In this document: piece after piece, positions 59,530-64,000 of the stretch
How the letters are laid out: every line of letters begins with the position of its first letter
Position numbering within the stretch: the stretch's first letter is position 1
DNA from: Candidatus Egerieisoma sp.
GTDB lineage: Bacteria > Bacteroidota > Bacteroidia > Bacteroidales > UBA932
DNA length: 64,000 nt
NCBI GenBank assembly: GCA_045588775.1
Contig: JAZNEW010000061.1
Coordinates: forward strand, 31,884 to 95,883
Reading direction: 5' to 3'
Position numbers and translations under genes: made by a program
Notes under the pieces: generated by a model
Database searches by the model: none
Seen by the model: the letters and a program-made list of their open reading frames with translations, nothing else
What the model was told of the DNA's origin: nothing

Positions 59530-60873
59530 CTATTTTCCTACATAGTTTTGAGGAGTGATTACAAGAATTTCCTGTTTTACATCATCGCTTACTTCAAGAC
59601 CTCTTACAAACTCCTGAATGCTCTCTTTTGTAATGCCGGCATTGCCTCTTGTCAGAGCTTTAAGGGCCTCATACGGATTAGGATAACCCTCTCTGCGGAG
59701 TATGGTCTGAATACCCTCAGCAACAACAGCCCAGTTATTCTCAAGATCCCTGTTGAGAGCTGCTTCGTTGAGAATCAGTTTGCCCAATCCCTTCTTGAGC
59801 GATCTCAAGGAGATTATTGAGTGGGCCAACGGAACGCCAACATTGCGCAGAACTGTTGAGTCTGTGAGGTCTCTCTGCATTCTCGATACCGGCAATTTGC
59901 CTGCAAGGTGGGCATAAATTGCATTTGCTATACCAAAGTTGCCCTCTGCATTCTCAAAATCGATAGGGTTCACTTTATGTGGCATTGCCGATGAGCCAAC
60001 CTCTCCTGCTTTGACCTTCTGGCGGAAATACTCCATTGAAATATATGTCCACATATCGCGGGCAAGGTCTATAAGAATTGTATTTATGCGCTCAAGGTTA
60101 TGGAAAAGGGCCGCCAAATTGTCGTAATGCTCAATCTGGGTTGTTGGATATGAACGTTTGAGCCCCAGTTTGCCCTCTACAAAATTTACAGCAAATTTGT
60201 TCCAGTCGATATTTGGATAGGCAAAATTGTGGGCATTGAAGTTACCTGTAGCTCCGCCGAATTTTGCAGAGTATGGAACTTGTTCCAACAATCTCAATTG
60301 TTCGTTGAGACGGGCAACAAATACATAAATCTCTTTTCCCAGTCGGGTAGGCGATGCAGGCTGTCCGTGAGTGTGGGCAAGCATAGGCACATTCTCCCAC
60401 TCTTTGGCAAAATCCTCCAAAATTCCGATAACATCTTTAAGGGCAGGCATATAGGAATCCCTGATGCCCTCAAGCAGACTGAGTGGAACAGAGGTGTTGT
60501 TGATATCCTGCGAAGTAAGGCCAAAATGGACAAACTCGCCGAATTTTTCAATTCCCAATTTCTTGAATTCCTCTTTGATGAAGTATTCAACAGCTTTGAC
60601 ATCGTGATTGGTTACTTTTTCAATATCCTTCACTCTTTGGGCATCTTCGCAAGAGAAATTCTCGTAGATGGCCCTGAGTTTTGAAAAGTTCTCAGATCCG
60701 AACTCCTTCAGCTGCTCGAGCGGAAGTTCGCACAATGCTATAAAATACTCAATTTCAACTCTTACTCTATATTTGATAAGTGCATACTCAGAAAAGTACA
60801 AACTTAAATCCTCTACCTGTTTGCGGTATCTTCCGTCGATAGGAGATACGGCCATTAATGCGTTATTTGACAT
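59530..60873 (-). CDS. purB: Adenylosuccinate lyase
   Basis: 'SPIDGRY', 'TSQDINN', 'GSSAMPHKVNP'. Confidence 0.95.
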   Translation of the reverse strand: MSNNALMAVSPIDGRYRKQVEDLSLYFSEYALIKYRVRVEIEYFIALCELPLEQLKEFGSENFSKLRAIYENFSCEDAQRVKDIEKVTNHDVKAVEYFIKEEFKKLGIEKFGEFVHFGLTSQDINNTSVPLSLLEGIRDSYMPALKDVIGILEDFAKEWENVPMLAHTHGQPASPTRLGKEIYVFVARLNEQLRLLEQVPYSAKFGGATGNFNAHNFAYPNIDWNKFAVNFVEGKLGLKRSYPTTQIEHYDNLAALFHNLERINTILIDLARDMWTYISMEYFRQKVKAGEVGSSAMPHKVNPIDFENAEGNFGIANAIYAHLAGKLPVSRMQRDLTDSTVLRNVGVPLAHSIISLRSLKKGLGKLILNEAALNRDLENNWAVVAEGIQTILRREGYPNPYEALKALTRGNAGITKESIQEFVRGLEVSDDVKQEILVITPQNYVGK

Positions 60874-60968
60874 ATTATGTTACATATGAATAGAATTAAG
60901 CGGTAAAGATAGAAAAAATAAGTTAAATTTGTAAAAAGTGGTTTCTAATAGTTTATAAAATTGTTTTA

Positions 60969-61387
60969 TATGGCCAATCTACAGGTTCCGCCTCATACAT
61001 TGCAGCAGAAGGAGATATTGTCTCTTGTTGAAAAACTCCGCAAGGAGGATGTCTCTCCGTTTGTCATATATGAAGTAGTATAGCCGGGAAGTGCATAATC
61101 TCCGATTTGAGGATGTGTCTTGGCAAGGATGAGGATGATTTCTACAATAATGAAGAGGCCGAAGCATTTTTTGTAAGACATTCCAGGGAGCAGTTCTGCG
61201 ACAAGGATATGTATGCTGCAGGCAGAGGCTTTATGGCGGCAGCAGTAAAACTGGTGAATCCAATGTATGGTACAAGTGATTCAACCGCCGAATTTGATCT
61301 GTTGTTTGAACTTGAAGGGGAGGAGAAACCAATTCATTTTGAAAACTGCAAACTTATACTGAACCAGTTTGAATATACCAGTTACAT
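60969..61387 (+). pseudogene. Frame-disrupted N-terminal region of the downstream AAA+ ATPase (or assembly indels)
   Basis: Open reading runs in frame A from 60969 to 61076 (MANLQ...FVIYEVV*), then frame C to about 61380 (..AGKCIISDL...LILNQFEYTS), then joins the frame of 'LHMVFCGNPGTGKT'. Confidence 0.4.
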
Positions 61388-62962
61388 ATGGTTTTTTGTG
61401 GAAATCCAGGTACAGGCAAAACCACTGTTGCAGATTTTATTGGTGAAATTTATGCCTCGATGGGAATTCTGTCGGAAGGAAATGTGATAAAAGTTACCAA
61501 AAAGGATCTTGTAGGTGTGCGTGTAGGGGAGACGGAGAGGAAGATGCGCGAGGTGTTCGACAGGGCAAGGGGAAATGTTCTGTTTATTGATGAAGCTTAT
61601 GAACTCAATCCTAAAGATGATCCCGGTAATGCGGGAAAGATAGTTCTGGATGCCATTGTGGATGAACTTGGAGGAGATCATGCCAACACCATAGTTATTA
61701 TGGCTGGATATCCTGAGGAGATGGATGATCTGCTGGAGTATAATATTGGATTAAAATCGAGATTCCCAAACAGATTCCATTTTAATGATTATTCTGTAGA
61801 AGAGCTTCTGAAGATAGCGTTGCAGAGTAACGCGGCAAAAGATTTTGTCTTTACATCAAAAGCAAGGGAGAGGCTCGAAGCATATATCAGAAGGGAAGTT
61901 CTCAAAAAACAGAGGTCTTTTGGTAATGGAAGATTTGTAACACGGCTTATCACCAATATAATCCTTCCAAATATGGCTACCAGACTGGCTAAGGTTGAAG
62001 TTCCAACAGTAAAGCAGCTGAAAACTATTCTGGCAGAGGATATCCCTATTACTGCAGAGGAGGTGAGGACTATCACTGATTCAGGTTTTGATGAAAAACT
62101 GATAAACGCTTCTCTTGAAAAACTCGATGCAATGGTTGGTTTGCCAAAGGTAAAACAGGCTATCCACAATTTTGTTGATATTGCCCGTTACCGCAATTCG
62201 ATTGGAGAGAAATTTGTGGGATCGGGAGTCTTGAAATGGAGTTTTGCCGGAAATTCAGGAACAGGCAAGAGTACCGTGGCAAAGATTTTTGCCGATATCC
62301 TCAAAGGAATGAATTTGTTGGCAAAAGGAAACTTTGTGGAGGTGAAGGGTGAGCAGATTTTCAATGTCTCTGAGTATACTTGTGATCAGGTACTCAAATC
62401 AGCTGTTGACAGGAGCCGTTACGGAGTGCTCTTTATTGATGGTGATGCCCCTGAATTTAAAGACAGGAATGCATTTGCCCTCACAAATGAGCAGCTTAAA
62501 ATCAAACTTACCCAATTGACAGCCGAAATGGGAGGAGCAGGTGCAATAATAGTTGCTGAATGTGATTCTGCACGGGGAGTTCTTGTTTCGGCACTTGCCC
62601 AAAATGGTGTGTGCGAGTTTGACCATACCATTATTTTTGATGATTATACAGCGGAGGAGCTCTTTATGATTTTGCAGAAGTGTCTCTTTGCCCATAAGGT
62701 GCGCTTTACAGAGGATGCCGAGGCAAAAATCAGGAGCTATATCTGCGATATGCTCTCCGACAGAGGTGTGGAATTGGCAAATGCCAGAACAATAAAATTG
62801 CTCTCGCGTACAATTTATGAAATTGTCATGCTGCGCGAAAGCCGTCAGCACTCTTCTGCCACAATCACAGATGAAGCAACTGCACTCCCACGCCGCACCG
62901 TGTGTTTGTGTGATGTGGAGAGATTTGAGTGGAAAACGTTGCGCAAACGTGTAGGATATTGA
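61388..62962 (+). CDS. Tandem AAA+ ATPase (CbxX/SpoVK-like modules)
   Basis: Module 1 has 'GNPGTGKTT' and 'VLFIDEAYEL'. Module 2 has 'GLPKVKQAI...GNSGTGKST' and 'VLFIDGDAPE', so the Walker B Glu is lost. Confidence 0.85.
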   Translation: MVFCGNPGTGKTTVADFIGEIYASMGILSEGNVIKVTKKDLVGVRVGETERKMREVFDRARGNVLFIDEAYELNPKDDPGNAGKIVLDAIVDELGGDHANTIVIMAGYPEEMDDLLEYNIGLKSRFPNRFHFNDYSVEELLKIALQSNAAKDFVFTSKARERLEAYIRREVLKKQRSFGNGRFVTRLITNIILPNMATRLAKVEVPTVKQLKTILAEDIPITAEEVRTITDSGFDEKLINASLEKLDAMVGLPKVKQAIHNFVDIARYRNSIGEKFVGSGVLKWSFAGNSGTGKSTVAKIFADILKGMNLLAKGNFVEVKGEQIFNVSEYTCDQVLKSAVDRSRYGVLFIDGDAPEFKDRNAFALTNEQLKIKLTQLTAEMGGAGAIIVAECDSARGVLVSALAQNGVCEFDHTIIFDDYTAEELFMILQKCLFAHKVRFTEDAEAKIRSYICDMLSDRGVELANARTIKLLSRTIYEIVMLRESRQHSSATITDEATALPRRTVCLCDVERFEWKTLRKRVGY

Positions 62963-64000
62963 TTACTGCTTGTCGGTTGTTGCTTCCTGCTCCGGGATTG
63001 TTGCTGTTTGGCTTTGGGTTGCTGTCCCTTTAGTCCGTTTGTAGATTATTTTTGAAAAGAACCTGATTATTAAAATAAGGAACAATACTGTAACCAGCAT
63101 TATCTCTGCAAAGAGCTGCTCCCGGATGGTAACTTCGGCTGTGATGACTTCCGAGTCCTCGCTGAGCAATTTTGCTATATCCTCAGGATAATTGTGCCGG
63201 CTCCATTTTTTCACAACAGTACCGTTGTCGATATATGTTAGGCCACCATTGGAACGGTTAAGCGACAATACACTTCTGTAATCGGAGTAGAGTATGGTAA
63301 CAGGTTCTCCGGTAGAGTGTTGCAGTATTTTTGAAAAGAGCGGCTCTGTGTTTTCGGGAGAATTTCCGCTCAAAATGTAGAATTGCGCATTGTTGGCACT
63401 TATTGAATCGTAGAGGCGATTTATTCTTTTCAGATCACTCTTGCCTATCTTTTTATAATTGTATACCGACAAAATGAAAATAGGGTTGTCGGCCAATAAG
63501 ATTTCATCGGTAACATACACACCATGACCATTTTTGAGGATAAGTTCTGTGTTTCTGCTGGTGTACGACGAGGCACTTATGAGTTTTGTCTCTGATGTTA
63601 CAAATGTCCATGATGAATCCGGCAAATTGTCGAGAGTGAAACTCTCCTCCTTGCCATCTTTGGAGTAGGTAAAGAGTGTTTCATATTCATGCTCGGGTTG
63701 GGCCCCGTCAGATGAGGCAATATCGGTTCCAGGTTTGAAAATACCAAAGTCAATCTGAGGAAGATAGATCAGGGCATATAGTGAGATGCCGAGAATAAGT
63801 GCGGAATATCCGCCAATGTAGATATATTTCCAGCGTGGAGTGGCAATGGGTTTGAAAGCCTCTTTTTGCTGCCAGACAACAAAAGCACATCCGAGCAGCA
63901 CAACATTTTTGAAAAATGTCTCCCAGTTTGTGAGTTTGACCGCCTCTCCAAAACATCCGCAATCCTGTACCGGATTGAAAATGGCAGAGTAGAGTGTAAG
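62963..64000 (-). CDS. MauE/DoxX-like N-terminal membrane domain protein with extracytoplasmic C-terminal domain; partial, 5' end beyond the window
   Basis: The frame stays open to the window edge ('...PVQDCGCFGEAVKLTNWETFFKNVVLLGCAF...'). The track start at 63901 is an internal GTG. Confidence 0.6.
   Translation of the reverse strand, partial: LTLYSAIFNPVQDCGCFGEAVKLTNWETFFKNVVLLGCAFVVWQQKEAFKPIATPRWKYIYIGGYSALILGISLYALIYLPQIDFGIFKPGTDIASSDGAQPEHEYETLFTYSKDGKEESFTLDNLPDSSWTFVTSETKLISASSYTSRNTELILKNGHGVYVTDEILLADNPIFILSVYNYKKIGKSDLKRINRLYDSISANNAQFYILSGNSPENTEPLFSKILQHSTGEPVTILYSDYRSVLSLNRSNGGLTYIDNGTVVKKWSRHNYPEDIAKLLSEDSEVITAEVTIREQLFAEIMLVTVLFLILIIRFFSKIIYKRTKGTATQSQTATIPEQEATTDKQ

Overview
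This is a 64 kb chromosomal segment that looks like a Bacteroidota (Bacteroidales-type) genome. The evidence is gene content and order (ileS-dksA-like-lspA, der, prs, potABCD, rubrerythrin, many lipoproteins) plus repeated TAnnTTTG -7 promoter boxes 20-90 nt upstream of genes. Most of the window is housekeeping: translation and GTPases (der, yihA, ileS, rplY, pth, tsaB, rlmH, greA), nucleotide and cofactor metabolism (prs, nadE, ribF, purB), xseAB, a 9 kb alpha-glucan/glycogen cluster (GH13, debrancher-like, GT4, GH57, GT35), potABCD, tandem nagA paralogs, and several exported peptidases (M49, C11, M64).

Two compact accessory-looking modules stand out:
1. 25.0-30.4 kb, minus strand. A C39-peptidase ABC exporter is followed by two translationally coupled double-glycine-leader peptide genes, an intrinsic terminator, then TolC and a HlyD-type adaptor. 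This is a Gram-negative bacteriocin/microcin-like export system with two unrecognised peptide cores, one of which ends in an outer-membrane-protein beta-signal-like motif.
2. 39.1-41.7 kb, minus strand. A single-gene TIR + coiled-coil + 14-blade WD40 protein has its own promoter box and terminator and is wedged between tRNA-Ser and potABCD. It is a candidate NADase-type conflict/defence sensor without a STAND NTPase.

Smaller oddities:
- a nagA paralog that has lost its metal ligands
- a phosphomannose-isomerase-like cupin with a His/Cys-rich tail
- a tandem AAA+ ATPase whose N-terminal region is split across three frames
- a sigma-54 activator without a DNA-binding domain
- a CXXC-less TlpA-like lipoprotein
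- three perfect 11-bp tandem repeats upstream of the peptide exporter

No rRNA, CRISPR array, transposase or integrase was seen. All homology calls come from reading motifs by eye; no searches were run.
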